NCBI GenBank assembly: GCA_000993405.1
Contig: LBWB01000012.1
Span: 37,777 to 101,776, forward strand
DNA length: 64,000 nucleotides
From: Candidatus Woesebacteria bacterium GW2011_GWB1_39_12
Lineage (GTDB): Bacteria; Patescibacteriota; Microgenomatia; UBA8517
Direction of reading: 5' to 3'
Made by a program: the position numbers and the translations under genes. This document shows positions 45,246-54,477 of the stretch, in pieces. The notes beneath the pieces were generated by a model. That model ran no database searches and was not told the DNA's origin. It saw only the letters and a list, made by a program, of their open reading frames with translations. Within the stretch, counting starts at the first letter, position 1. Each line of letters begins with the position of its first letter.

Positions 45246-45947
45246 TTAACGGACTAAATCAAATATAAAGCTATTAATGGTATGGGATCGAATTACATAA
45301 CCTTTCTTTAGTAAAAATTTTGTTATTCTATTACCATTTAAATTGTTTTTGAGAGGGTTTAATAATATTTCTATACAAATAACTTTAGGTTTAAATAGAT
45401 TCCAATTATTTGATCTAAGTACTTCATAATCCAAACCTTCAACGTCAAGGTTTAAAAAGTCGATACTTGCGTTTTTGGGTAAATATCTTGTCAAAATTTG
45501 TTCTAATGTATAAGATTTAACTTTTAATATTTTAACAAGTTCAGATTGCTTGGATTTCACAACAATCCCTGCCTGTTTCCGGGATAATGTATTTAAAGCC
45601 GTATCATTAAATACATACAAATTTAAAATCGTGTTTTTGTTGGAAATAACTTTAGCGACGTTGATATCTTTAGGTCTAGCCTTTTTGAATAGTTTAATGG
45701 CTTTTATATCCGCGTCTATATTGATACCCCGCCAGCCGTTTTTATAAAGTAAGAAGGTATTGGAATAGCGGAAAGGATGGTGGGCACCAATGTCGACATA
45801 AAAACCTTTTTTTTTAAAATTGACTATTTTTTGAATTATCAGATCTTCTCCTTCCTGAGAGTAAGAAGCTCTTGCATATAAAAAATATAAATTTAATTTG
45901 ACCGAAATTACACTCTTTAAATATCTGAAAATATTTTTTAAATTCAT
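45246..45947 (-). CDS. FkbM-family methyltransferase
   Basis: YVDIGAHHPFRYSNT ... characteristic of the FkbM domain. Confidence 0.6.
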   Translation of the reverse strand: MNLKNIFRYLKSVISVKLNLYFLYARASYSQEGEDLIIQKIVNFKKKGFYVDIGAHHPFRYSNTFLLYKNGWRGINIDADIKAIKLFKKARPKDINVAKVISNKNTILNLYVFNDTALNTLSRKQAGIVVKSKQSELVKILKVKSYTLEQILTRYLPKNASIDFLNLDVEGLDYEVLRSNNWNLFKPKVICIEILLNPLKNNLNGNRITKFLLKKGYVIRSHTINSFIFDLVR

Positions 45948-46010
45948 GGAAATTAAGGTAGACTTAGGATAAACTTGCTAAAATATATATAGATCTATTT
46001 ATTTAGTCAA

Positions 46011-46772
46011 ATGAAAAAACTTAGGACTTTAAGCGCCGTTGTTTTAACTAAAAATCAAGAAAAGAATATTGTTGAGTGTATAAAAAGTCTAACATTTTGT
46101 GATGAAGTTTTGGTAATTGATGATAATTCGATTGATAAAACTATTTATCTGGCACGAAGTAACGGAGCGAAGGTTTTTTCAAGGAGTCTTAATAACGACT
46201 TTTCTTCGCAAAGGAACTTTGGACTAGAAAAAGCGAAAGGAGAATGGGTTTTATTTTTGGACGCTGACGAAAAAGTAAGCGACGAGCTCCAAAAGGAAAT
46301 ATTAAGGGAATTAAACCTAAAGGATAACCCTTATACAGGATATTATTTTCGACGAAGCGATTTCATTTGGGGAAGAGAACTTAAATTTGGTGAAACGGGG
46401 AACATAAAATTACTAAGGCTGGCAAAAAAAGGTTCCGGTAAATGGAAGCGGAAGGTTCACGAGGTATGGCAAATCGAAGGAAGAATAAAAACTCTGAGAA
46501 ATCCTCTTATTCATCACCCGCATCAAACACTGTCAGAGTTTATAGCCGACATTAATTTTCATACAAACTTGGATATTTCGGCTAAAATACAGGAAGGAAA
46601 AAGATCGAGTCTTTTGAAAATCATTTATTGGCCCATTGCTAAATTTAAGTTAAATTGGCTCCTACGTTTGGGATTTTTAGACGAAACTCAGGGATTTGTA
46701 ATTGCAATTTTAATGAGTTTTCACTCATTTCTATCATGGAGCAAACTTTGGCAAAATCAGAAAAAAAATTAG
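46011..46772 (+). CDS. glycosyltransferase family 2
   Basis: LSAVVLTKNQE...VLVIDDNSID...LDADE (DxD). Confidence 0.75.
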   Translation: MKKLRTLSAVVLTKNQEKNIVECIKSLTFCDEVLVIDDNSIDKTIYLARSNGAKVFSRSLNNDFSSQRNFGLEKAKGEWVLFLDADEKVSDELQKEILRELNLKDNPYTGYYFRRSDFIWGRELKFGETGNIKLLRLAKKGSGKWKRKVHEVWQIEGRIKTLRNPLIHHPHQTLSEFIADINFHTNLDISAKIQEGKRSSLLKIIYWPIAKFKLNWLLRLGFLDETQGFVIAILMSFHSFLSWSKLWQNQKKN

Positions 46773-47929
46773 AGAAAATTAAGGAAAACCTGTTATTCAT
46801 TTATTTGATCATATTCCCTCTTGGTCAGTTATTAAGTTTCCGCTTAAATCTTTTTAGTTACAGTTTTCCTGTACATATAATAGACTTTTTGGTAGTAATT
46901 TTAGGGTTTACTACTTTAGTAGATATAAAAAACTATCCAAAGTTTTTTAAACCCATTGTAAATTTTATTTGGATTCTTGCCTTTTGTTACATATTTTCTT
47001 TCACAATTTTCAGATCTAGCACTCTTATTTTAGGGGGGCTTTATCTTCTCAGGATCGTTTTTTACGCACTGTTTACTATTACTATTTTTAATATAGTTAA
47101 AAATAACCAAAACAAAAAAATTCTTCTTTTCAAAAGTTTAATGGTGGTTTCCCTTGCAATTGCGGTATATGGCATTTTGCAATATATTTTTTATCCTGAT
47201 ATAAGAGGACTGACTATTTTGGGTTGGGACGATCATCTATATCGTCTTGTTTCAACTTTTATAGACCCCGGGTTTACAAGTATTTTTTTGGTACTAGGAT
47301 TTTTGGCAAGCCTTCTTATGTTTCTTGAAACAAAAGAAAAAAAGTTTTTTGTATTCATGGCGATTTTTATGATAGCTTTAACGCTCACCTATTCTAGAGC
47401 CGGTTATCTGGCTTTTTTTTCTGGTACTCTAGCACTTTTAGTCCTTAAGAATAGGCTTGCCAAACTAATTCCTCTTGCCCTAATTTTTGTCGGTATACTA
47501 TTTCTGATACCGAACTACGGAAGCGAAGGAGTCAGGCTTGGTAGAACAAGAAGCATACTAACAAGGATCGTGAGTTATCAGGATGCATTTTCAATTTTCA
47601 AAAAATCTCCGCTTCTGGGTGTAGGTTATAATAATATCTGTATTGCTAAACAAAAATATTTAGGTCAGCGTGTCAACTTTGAGTCACACTCGTGTTCGGG
47701 AATAGAATCAAGCTTTCTCCTTATTCTTGCAACAACCGGAATAGTTGGATTCACAATATTTATTTACGGTTTGGGCAATTTATTAATCCTACCAAAGAAT
47801 TTTTACGGACCTGTTTTTACTTCATCAATGGTTGCTGTTTTAACTCATGCATTTTTCGTAAATAGCCTTTTTTACCCTTGGGTAATGGGTTACTTGGGAA
47901 TTCTTTTTGCTGTAAGTGTTAAGGAGTGA
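46737..47929 (+). CDS. O-antigen ligase/polymerase-like (Wzy_C) membrane protein
   Basis: Polytopic protein with a large periplasmic loop and a conserved ...SRAGYLAFF... region. The ATG at 46737 is preferred. Confidence 0.5.
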
Positions 47930-48626
47930 AAGTTACGCTTATACTTTTCTCTGTTACGTTTCCTGCCAAATCTTCAGCCTTTATGTTAAAAGTGTTAGTT
48001 CCTTCAGAAAGAGAAGTTACAAATGCGAAGGTCTGGTCCTGTTCAACCACGACTAATCTTGAATTTATATTTACCTGGGATCCCTCTTCCACTTTACCTT
48101 CAATTACGATTTGCCTTTGGAGGTTTCCGAAAAATTCGTCTTTATCTTGAGGTTTTGTAATTTCAAGGTCTGGAGGTTTTTTATCAAAAGTAATTTCCAA
48201 AGTTTCACTTTTCTGGCTTTCATTCCCTGCAGAATCTTTGCTACTTGCTGAAATTCTATTGTCTCCATTATTTAAGGGAATGCTGATATTGAAACTGCCT
48301 TCAGAATTTACTACAACTTCATCAGTTTTGCCGTTATAAAAAATTTTTATGGTTGCTCCAGGTTCACTAGATCCTTGAATGTCTAAAATTTCTTTATTTG
48401 TTTGTTTAGGAATTGATGAGAGACGAGGGGGTGGAGGAGGCGTTGTGTCCGAAGATTCAACCGACTGTGATGTTTGTCTTAAATCAGTAAGAAACCCGGC
48501 AAACTTTGCAACAGCCGGCAAACCATAAAAAAATATTAAAAAAAGAGAAAAAATTGTTAAAGAAATAAAGAAAAAGGCTTTTCTTTTATTCTTCCGTTCT
48601 TCTGTAATTAGTCTTCTTGAATACAT
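47919..48626 (-). CDS. membrane-anchored protein with Ig-like (Big) beta-sandwich repeats
   Basis: N-terminal TM, a Pro-rich linker (TTPPPPPRL), and two ~80-aa repeats ending in ...ISA/...ISV. Confidence 0.45.
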   Translation of the reverse strand: MYSRRLITEERKNKRKAFFFISLTIFSLFLIFFYGLPAVAKFAGFLTDLRQTSQSVESSDTTPPPPPRLSSIPKQTNKEILDIQGSSEPGATIKIFYNGKTDEVVVNSEGSFNISIPLNNGDNRISASSKDSAGNESQKSETLEITFDKKPPDLEITKPQDKDEFFGNLQRQIVIEGKVEEGSQVNINSRLVVVEQDQTFAFVTSLSEGTNTFNIKAEDLAGNVTEKSISVTFTP

Positions 48627-48636
48627 TTTTTACGAG

Positions 48637-48708
48637 AGCCGATGAGAGGAGTTGAACCTCTAACCTCTCCCTTACGAAGGGATTGCTCTACCATTGAGCT
48701 ACACCGGC
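48637..48708 (-). tRNA. tRNA-Thr (anticodon CGT)
   Basis: Reverse complement GCCGGTGTAGCTCAATGGTAGAGCAATCCCTTCGTAAGGGAGAGGTTAGAGGTTCAACTCCTCTCATCGGCT. The anticodon loop is TTCGTAA. Confidence 0.8.
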
Positions 48709-48751
48709 ACACGTTCGGCAAAGAAATTATAACACTTGAGTAACTGTGAAG

Positions 48752-49363
48752 CTAATAACCCCAATTTCCAATTAATTTTTTAAGCATTTGTTCATCGACT
48801 CGTCCAACTAATCCACTCCAAACTTCCCTAGATTCTTCGGGATGTGACACAGTCATTTCAACCTTAATATTTTCAAAACTTTTTGACCAATTTTCCAAAT
48901 CTTTCCTAAAGGCAATTTCCTCGGGGATTGAATTGGAATAGATAAGGTGAAGTTTTGTATCAGATAATTTATTGTCAATGTTATATTTGATAAAACTTCT
49001 GAATGGGGTAATGCCTATGCCTCCTGCTATAAGAACATAATTGCCTTTTTGGTTTTCATCCAAAATAAAAGTCCCGTTCGGACCTTCGCCTTCAACCTCA
49101 TCATTAATTTTGAGTTCATCTAAGGATTTTTTATAGCCAGATTCTTGACGTATCCTGGTAGTTAACCTCAACACTTTTCCCTCTGTAGGAGAGGAAGATA
49201 TCGTGAAATGCCTTGTAGCCCCTCTGGCATCAGGATATCTGATATTTGGAAGCGTGTAGTAAAAATATTGACCTGGAAGCCAATTTACTTCCCTTTCCGG
49301 CTCAAAAAAGAATGATTTTGTTCCCTTTGCTTCGTCTCTTTTTTCGACAAGTTTTAACTTCAT
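48752..49363 (-). CDS. ferredoxin-NADP reductase-like FAD/NAD(P)-binding oxidoreductase domain protein
   Basis: RHFTISSSP (FAD-binding RxYS/T) and GGIGITPF (NAD-binding GGxGxxP). Confidence 0.65.
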   Translation of the reverse strand: MKLKLVEKRDEAKGTKSFFFEPEREVNWLPGQYFYYTLPNIRYPDARGATRHFTISSSPTEGKVLRLTTRIRQESGYKKSLDELKINDEVEGEGPNGTFILDENQKGNYVLIAGGIGITPFRSFIKYNIDNKLSDTKLHLIYSNSIPEEIAFRKDLENWSKSFENIKVEMTVSHPEESREVWSGLVGRVDEQMLKKLIGNWGY

Positions 49364-49366
49364 TTT

Positions 49367-49600
49367 TTAATTGTCGCCTAGATCCTCAAGACACCTGTGT
49401 TTTGTATTGTCATAAGAAAAAAAAGCATCAATGTCTGAATTTCTTTTTCCAAGTACAGACGATGTATTGGCGGCAATTTCACTACAGCCTGCCTCAATAA
49501 CAATGGGTCTGTAAAAAGTAAAAAAAGCCCATCCGATTAATGAAGCTATGGCTGCAATTATTAAAAGATATAATTTACTTCTTCTTTCTGGTTGATACAT
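49367..49600 (-). CDS. small membrane protein (hypothetical)
   Basis: 77 aa with one TM helix. Its stop abuts the oxidoreductase start. Confidence 0.35.
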   Translation of the reverse strand: MYQPERRSKLYLLIIAAIASLIGWAFFTFYRPIVIEAGCSEIAANTSSVLGKRNSDIDAFFSYDNTKHRCLEDLGDN

Positions 49601-49604
49601 AAGG

Positions 49605-49675
49605 AGCGGGATACGGGAGTCGAACCCGTTTCTCTACCTTGGGAAGGTAACGTTAAACCGCTTAACTAATCCCGC
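49605..49675 (-). tRNA. tRNA-Gly (anticodon CCC)
   Basis: Reverse complement GCGGGATTAGTTAAGCGGTTTAACGTTACCTTCCCAAGGTAGAGAAACGGGTTCGACTCCCGTATCCCGCT. The anticodon loop is TTCCCAA. Confidence 0.8.
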
Positions 49676-49713
49676 TTAAGGGTACGGGATTATTATAGCA
49701 GATTTCAAGAAAA

Positions 49714-49730
49714 CCCCGATTTAATCGGGG
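49714..49730. terminator. hairpin CCCCGAtttaaTCGGGG, the first of a ~140-nt multi-hairpin element (49700..49850) between the LysM gene and tRNA-Gly
   Basis: 6-bp GC stem. It is followed by the nested palindromes ATACTTCGA...TCGAAGTAT, CTCAGTATgATACTGAG, CGCTCttttaGAGCG and CATCCTCC...GGAGGATG. Confidence 0.4.
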
Positions 49731-49859
49731 ATGAATCGAACTCTGATATGTCATACTTCGATTTCACTCAGTATGATACTGAGCTTGTCGAAGTATCATC
49801 CTCCTTTAGAGGAAACCACGCTCTTTTAGAGCGGGGAGGATGTCATAACATGTAATTTT

Positions 49860-50633
49860 CTACCTTGGTAAAGTCAGGATATTGCCGCTGTGGATTATGC
49901 CAGGATTAACTAAATCGTTTTCTTTTGCAATTTCTGGCCATCTGTAACCATCCCCATATGCCCGAATAGCAATATTCCAAAGATTGTCGTCCTTTTGAAC
50001 AGTGTATGTTGCGCCTGATATAGCTTCCGCCTCTTCTTTTTTACTTGCAACAACTGTTGTCGCCTTTGAAGTAACGTTAGGAATAGTTAATTCCTGATCT
50101 GGCTCAATTACTCCAGGGTTACTTAGATCGTTTTCTTCCGCTATATCGACCCAATTATATCCAGAATCGAAATAGAGTTCTGCTATTTTCCAAAGGTTTT
50201 CTCCTTTTTGAACGGTGTGAGTTCTTTCCTGGGCTTCGGTTTTTGCTAATGTTGGTTCAGGTTCCGTTTCTGTAGGAATTTCTTCAGCTATTCTCGGAGC
50301 AACATCAGGAATAACAAGTTCTTGTCCGACTGAAATTTGATTAGGATTTATAATTTTGTTTTCAGATTGAATATCAGTCCAGTTATATCCGGTCCCATAA
50401 TACTTTTCAGAAATAGTCCAAAGATCTTCGCCCTCGGAAACAGTGTGCGAAGCAGGAAGAGTAATCTCCTCCTCAACATCTATTGCCGGAATAGTTTCCC
50501 CACGTCTACCGGAAAAAAAGTTTATCAGTAGTACTCCTATTAAAACTATAACAATAGCTCCTAATACCATGCTAAAAGTAGTTTCGTGAAGCTTGATTGA
50601 TTTTAAAGTCTTTTTCAAATTCACTCTAATCAC
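49860..50633 (-). CDS. LysM-repeat peptidoglycan-binding protein (3 LysM domains) with an N-terminal membrane anchor
   Basis: Three repeats: HTVSEGEDLWTISEKYYG, HTVQKGENLWKIAELYFD, YTVQKDDNLWNIAIRAYG. Confidence 0.8.
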   Translation of the reverse strand: MIRVNLKKTLKSIKLHETTFSMVLGAIVIVLIGVLLINFFSGRRGETIPAIDVEEEITLPASHTVSEGEDLWTISEKYYGTGYNWTDIQSENKIINPNQISVGQELVIPDVAPRIAEEIPTETEPEPTLAKTEAQERTHTVQKGENLWKIAELYFDSGYNWVDIAEENDLSNPGVIEPDQELTIPNVTSKATTVVASKKEEAEAISGATYTVQKDDNLWNIAIRAYGDGYRWPEIAKENDLVNPGIIHSGNILTLPR

Positions 50634-50765
50634 CCCCAGAGGCAGATTTTAGGAGCAGTAAAAAGTAAATCGAATTTAAACTATAAGTCACAAAATGTCA
50701 AGCCCTGCACAAAAAGTATTGACGACTCATAAATTAAGGTAATATAATTAGATAAGCCAAATAAT

Positions 50766-51080
50766 ATGATAAATTTGATGCCAAGTGGGCAATTTTCCGG
50801 ACTTAGCAACATTACGATAGGGAATATTGTTACTGCAGTAATTACCTTAATTTTAGTAATCGCAGCTTTGATATTTTTCTTCATGCTCGTAATGGGAGGA
50901 ATAAGATATATAACTTCAGGAGGAGACAAAGGTCAAACCGAAGCAGCAAGAGGTCAGATTACAGCGGCTCTTATTGGCTTATTAATAGTTTTTGCAGCTT
51001 GGGCAGCAATTAGCCTCGTACAGAGCTTCTTCGGGGTAGATATAACAAACCTAACTATACCAAACGCCCAAGGTCCTTAA
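50766..51080 (+). CDS. small two-TM protein, possibly a VirB2/TrbC-like pilin
   Basis: 104 aa. It has a hydrophobic N-terminus, a second TM helix (ALIGLLIVFAAWAAISLV) and a Gly-rich linker. Confidence 0.3.
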   Translation: MINLMPSGQFSGLSNITIGNIVTAVITLILVIAALIFFFMLVMGGIRYITSGGDKGQTEAARGQITAALIGLLIVFAAWAAISLVQSFFGVDITNLTIPNAQGP

Positions 51081-51138
51081 CCCTTTCTTAATAGTTATTG
51101 TCGTTTATTCTTCTTTAGGTTATAATTCATTCGTCTAT

Positions 51139-51215
51139 GGGGCTGTAGCTCAGTTGGTTAGAGCGTCCGCCTGTCACGCGGAAGGTCGAGGGTTCGAGTC
51201 CCTTCAGCCCCGCCA
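51139..51215 (+). tRNA. tRNA-Asp (anticodon GTC), with encoded CCA
   Basis: GGGGCTGTAGCTCAGTTGGTTAGAGCGTCCGCCTGTCACGCGGAAGGTCGAGGGTTCGAGTCCCTTCAGCCCCGCCA. The anticodon loop is CTGTCAC. Confidence 0.9.
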
Positions 51216-51307
51216 CATTCATATCGCTAAAGCGATTGAACGTGGCGAGCCACGTTTAGTTTACATAAACGTGGACGCTTAGCCTTATTTTCTTCTAATA
51301 TTAGCTA

Positions 51308-51571
51308 ATGCCTTTCTTTTATTTTTATATTCTCCTAAGCAAGAAAAACAAAAAATTGTATCTTGGTTCAACGTCAAACCTCAATATCAGATTAAAACAA
51401 CACAACTCTGGAACAGTCGCTGCGACCAAACCAAACATTCCATATAATCTTATTCACTTTCAAGGTTTTGTAAGTAAGAGGGATGCTACCGGTTGTGAGA
51501 AATATTTTAAAACTACTGCTGGCTGGAGAAGACTGAAGAAAATGCTTAAAGATACCTTGAAAAATACCTAA
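51308..51571 (+). CDS. small GIY-YIG nuclease-family protein (YhbQ/UPF0213-like)
   Basis: FYFYILLSKKNKKLYLGSTSNLNIRLKQHNSG (GIY...YIG...R...QH/N). Confidence 0.65.
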   Translation: MPFFYFYILLSKKNKKLYLGSTSNLNIRLKQHNSGTVAATKPNIPYNLIHFQGFVSKRDATGCEKYFKTTAGWRRLKKMLKDTLKNT

Positions 51572-51679
51572 AATCAGGCTCAGGAAGAGCCTTTATTCAA
51601 AAACACAAATTAATCACCTTTTAGCCTTAGAATATTCCTTACCCTTAACGGGACGTAGAACTCCTGATATACTTGATCA

Positions 51680-52018
51680 ATGACTTTTAAAGAAGCTATT
51701 GATCTTGCTAGAGGTATAATCAAAAGATTTGAAAAGATTGAAGGAAAACCTTGGAAAGTTGATGGCTCGATGATTGAGTTATCAAAACAGGTTGGAGATT
51801 TGTCTAAACTTGTAATGTCTTATGAAGGGTATTATCCCAAAAACAGAGGGAAGCAAGTCAAACTATACTCAGCTACAAAAGAAAGAATAGCTGATGAGTT
51901 GGCAGATTTACTCTTTATGGTAATAAGAATTGCCGATTACTATGACATTGATTTAGAAAAAGCACACATCAACGCAAGAAAAGGAGAAGACAAATATTTA
52001 AAGAATTACGGGGTTTAA
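51680..52018 (+). CDS. MazG-like nucleotide pyrophosphohydrolase domain protein
   Basis: EVGDLSK...RIADELADLLFMVIRIADYYDIDLEKA (EExxE-like metal-binding helix pair). Confidence 0.6.
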   Translation: MTFKEAIDLARGIIKRFEKIEGKPWKVDGSMIELSKQVGDLSKLVMSYEGYYPKNRGKQVKLYSATKERIADELADLLFMVIRIADYYDIDLEKAHINARKGEDKYLKNYGV

Positions 52019-52200
52019 ATAAGAGTTCCTTAGATACTCAACTAGAGGCCGCCATCGTCTTGCTGAAGCTAGACTACGGCGGGGTGAAGCCCGCCTACCG
52101 AAGCGGAAGCGATTAATCTTCAATTTTTATCGAAGATATATATATATGTACTCCTTATATCGGGTATCTCACTTAGAGGCTGGAAAGAAGAAATAAATAC

Positions 52201-52479
52201 CTAGATATCATTTAAAAACTTTATACCCAACATCTCCGCATTTTTATTTTTTCTCCATTCGGAACCCCAGTCTACACATTCCCTTTTTGTACAAACCAAG
52301 ACGCCTTTACTCTCCTTATTATTTGGGGAGTTTTCATAAATCAAGTAATCCGAAATTCTATGGCAATTTGCACATCTTAAAACCTTTGTTGTATAAGAAA
52401 TTCGCCCCTGAAAAATTACCACCCAAAATGTTCCTGAGCCATCAACGTTGTTTATTTTTCTGAGTGTAGGTTCTTCCAT
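52201..52479 (-). CDS. hypothetical Cys-containing small protein
   Basis: 92 aa with CANCH...C..REC (possible Zn ribbon). Confidence 0.35.
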   Translation of the reverse strand: MEEPTLRKINNVDGSGTFWVVIFQGRISYTTKVLRCANCHRISDYLIYENSPNNKESKGVLVCTKRECVDWGSEWRKNKNAEMLGIKFLNDI

Positions 52480-52584
52480 TAGACCACTCTTTCTTCCCTT
52501 ATTATACAGTAAATTCGGTTTATAGCGGAGTGCGTGTATTTATTTGAAGCTTCGGTTCTTTCGAAACTGCTATAATCAAATTGT

Positions 52585-54426
52585 ATGAAAATGGGGAAAG
52601 AGATGACGAATACTGAGATTGCAGAGCTTCTGAGGGCTGTTGCTGCTGCCTATCAGCTTCAAGACGAAAAAAAGAATCGCTTTAAGATAATTGCATATCA
52701 AAGAGCGGCTGATGCGGTTGAACATGAGTCTAGCGAACTTAAAGATCTTTGGGATGAAGGTAAATTAGACGAAGTACCGGGGGTTGGCGAAAGTATTGCG
52801 AAGCATCTTGACGAACTGTTCCGAACCGGTAAATCAAAACATTTTGAAGAAATTATGAAAGGATTGCCTTCTTCCGTGTTTGACCTTATGAAAATTCCGG
52901 GTATTGGGGTAAAAACAGCTTACAAATTAGTTGAAAAGTTTAAGTCTAAGATTTCAGCAAAAGATCCAATAGGAGATCTTGAAAAGATAGCCAAAAAAGG
53001 AAAAATCGCTATATTAGAAGGTTTTGGAGAAGATTCTGAAAAAGCGATTCTTAATTCAATAAAGGAAGTTAAAGGCCGTGAAGTTAGACTCCTTCTTCCC
53101 TACGCTCAGAAACTTGCGGATGAAATTATATCCTGGCTAAAAGGATCAAAAGATATAATCCGAGCTGATGCTCTCGGCAGTTTAAGAAGGAGAGCTTCTA
53201 CCGTGGGCGACGTTGATATTTCTGTTTCTTCTCTCAATGCTTCCGCAGCAATTGAGCACTTTACCAACTATCCGAACGCAACTAGAATATTGGAAAAAGG
53301 GGAAAGAACTGCCTCAATTATCGTTCCAGGCAATAAACAGGTTGATTTGATGGTTGAAAAGCCAGAAAGCTATGGTTCACTGCTTCAACACTTTACCGGA
53401 AGTAAACATCATAATATTGCGCTTCGAACCTTGGCGCTAAAGAAGGGGTATTCGGTATCCGATTATGGGATTTATGTATTAGACAAAAAAAGGAAATCAC
53501 AGAAAGCACTGAAAAATTCTCGGAAGTCACTGAGAAAGTTTTCGACAGAAGAGGAGTTTTATAAATTTTTGGGAATGGGATGGATACCGCCTGAATTAAG
53601 GGAAGACAGTGGAGAAATTGAAAGTGCCCTTCGCTCCGCTCAGGGTAAACTAGGCGGATTACCTAAACTTGTGGAGCTCAATGATGTTAAGGCAGATTTA
53701 CAGATTCACTCCGACTTTGATATTGAAACAAGCCACGACTTGGGAGAATCCTCAATGCAAGATTTAGTTGAAAAAGCAAGCGCTCTTGGATATGAATATA
53801 TAGCATTTACAGAGCATAACCCAAGTCATAGTAAACACACAGAGGATGAGATCGTGGAAATATTGAAAAAGAAGCGTGAAATAATTGATAAAATAAATTA
53901 CTCATATAATCCCAAAGCTAATAGAGTATTAAAAGTATACAACAGCCTGGAAATAGATATTTTGCCGGATGGAAGATTACCTGTCCCGGATAAAGGCTTG
54001 GAAACTCTAGACTTTGCTCTCGTTGCTATTCATTCAAGTTTTAAACTTGCTAAATACAATATGACACGGAGAGTTCTTTCAGCTTTATCTCAGCCTAAGG
54101 TGAAAATATTTGCTCATCCGACGGCAAGAAAATTGGGAGAAAGAGAAGGAATTGAACTGGACTGGGAAGCGTTATTTGATTTCTGTCTAAAGAACGATAA
54201 GTGGCTAGAAATAAATGCCGATCCGATGAGGCTTGATCTTCCTGATTTTTTGGTTCATGAAGCTACAAAATTAGGAGTTAAACTAACACTAGGAACAGAT
54301 GCGCATCATTTTGAGCATATGAATAACATGGAGTTTGCTGTGTCTGTTGCAAGACGGGGTTGGGCAGAAAAGAAAGATATTGTAAATACAAGGTCATTTG
54401 CAGAATTTGAAAAGATGCTAGAATAA
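52585..54426 (+). CDS. polX: family X DNA polymerase (Pol beta-like) with a C-terminal PHP phosphoesterase domain
   Basis: HhH (IPGIGVKTAYKL), nucleotidyltransferase GSLRRRASTVGDVDI, and PHP motifs (LQIHSDFD..., EHN, LGTDAHH). Confidence 0.75.
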   Translation: MKMGKEMTNTEIAELLRAVAAAYQLQDEKKNRFKIIAYQRAADAVEHESSELKDLWDEGKLDEVPGVGESIAKHLDELFRTGKSKHFEEIMKGLPSSVFDLMKIPGIGVKTAYKLVEKFKSKISAKDPIGDLEKIAKKGKIAILEGFGEDSEKAILNSIKEVKGREVRLLLPYAQKLADEIISWLKGSKDIIRADALGSLRRRASTVGDVDISVSSLNASAAIEHFTNYPNATRILEKGERTASIIVPGNKQVDLMVEKPESYGSLLQHFTGSKHHNIALRTLALKKGYSVSDYGIYVLDKKRKSQKALKNSRKSLRKFSTEEEFYKFLGMGWIPPELREDSGEIESALRSAQGKLGGLPKLVELNDVKADLQIHSDFDIETSHDLGESSMQDLVEKASALGYEYIAFTEHNPSHSKHTEDEIVEILKKKREIIDKINYSYNPKANRVLKVYNSLEIDILPDGRLPVPDKGLETLDFALVAIHSSFKLAKYNMTRRVLSALSQPKVKIFAHPTARKLGEREGIELDWEALFDFCLKNDKWLEINADPMRLDLPDFLVHEATKLGVKLTLGTDAHHFEHMNNMEFAVSVARRGWAEKKDIVNTRSFAEFEKMLE

Positions 54427-54477
54427 TAGTGGTTAGTTGGTTCATTTTTTATAGATCATTGTTTTTTTAAACTAACT

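Noticed and set aside
52030-52110. Signal recognition particle (4.5S) RNA
   Set aside because: CCGAAGCGGAAGCG only loosely resembles the domain IV GGAAGGAAGCAGC motif. No convincing helix 8 asymmetric loop could be built.
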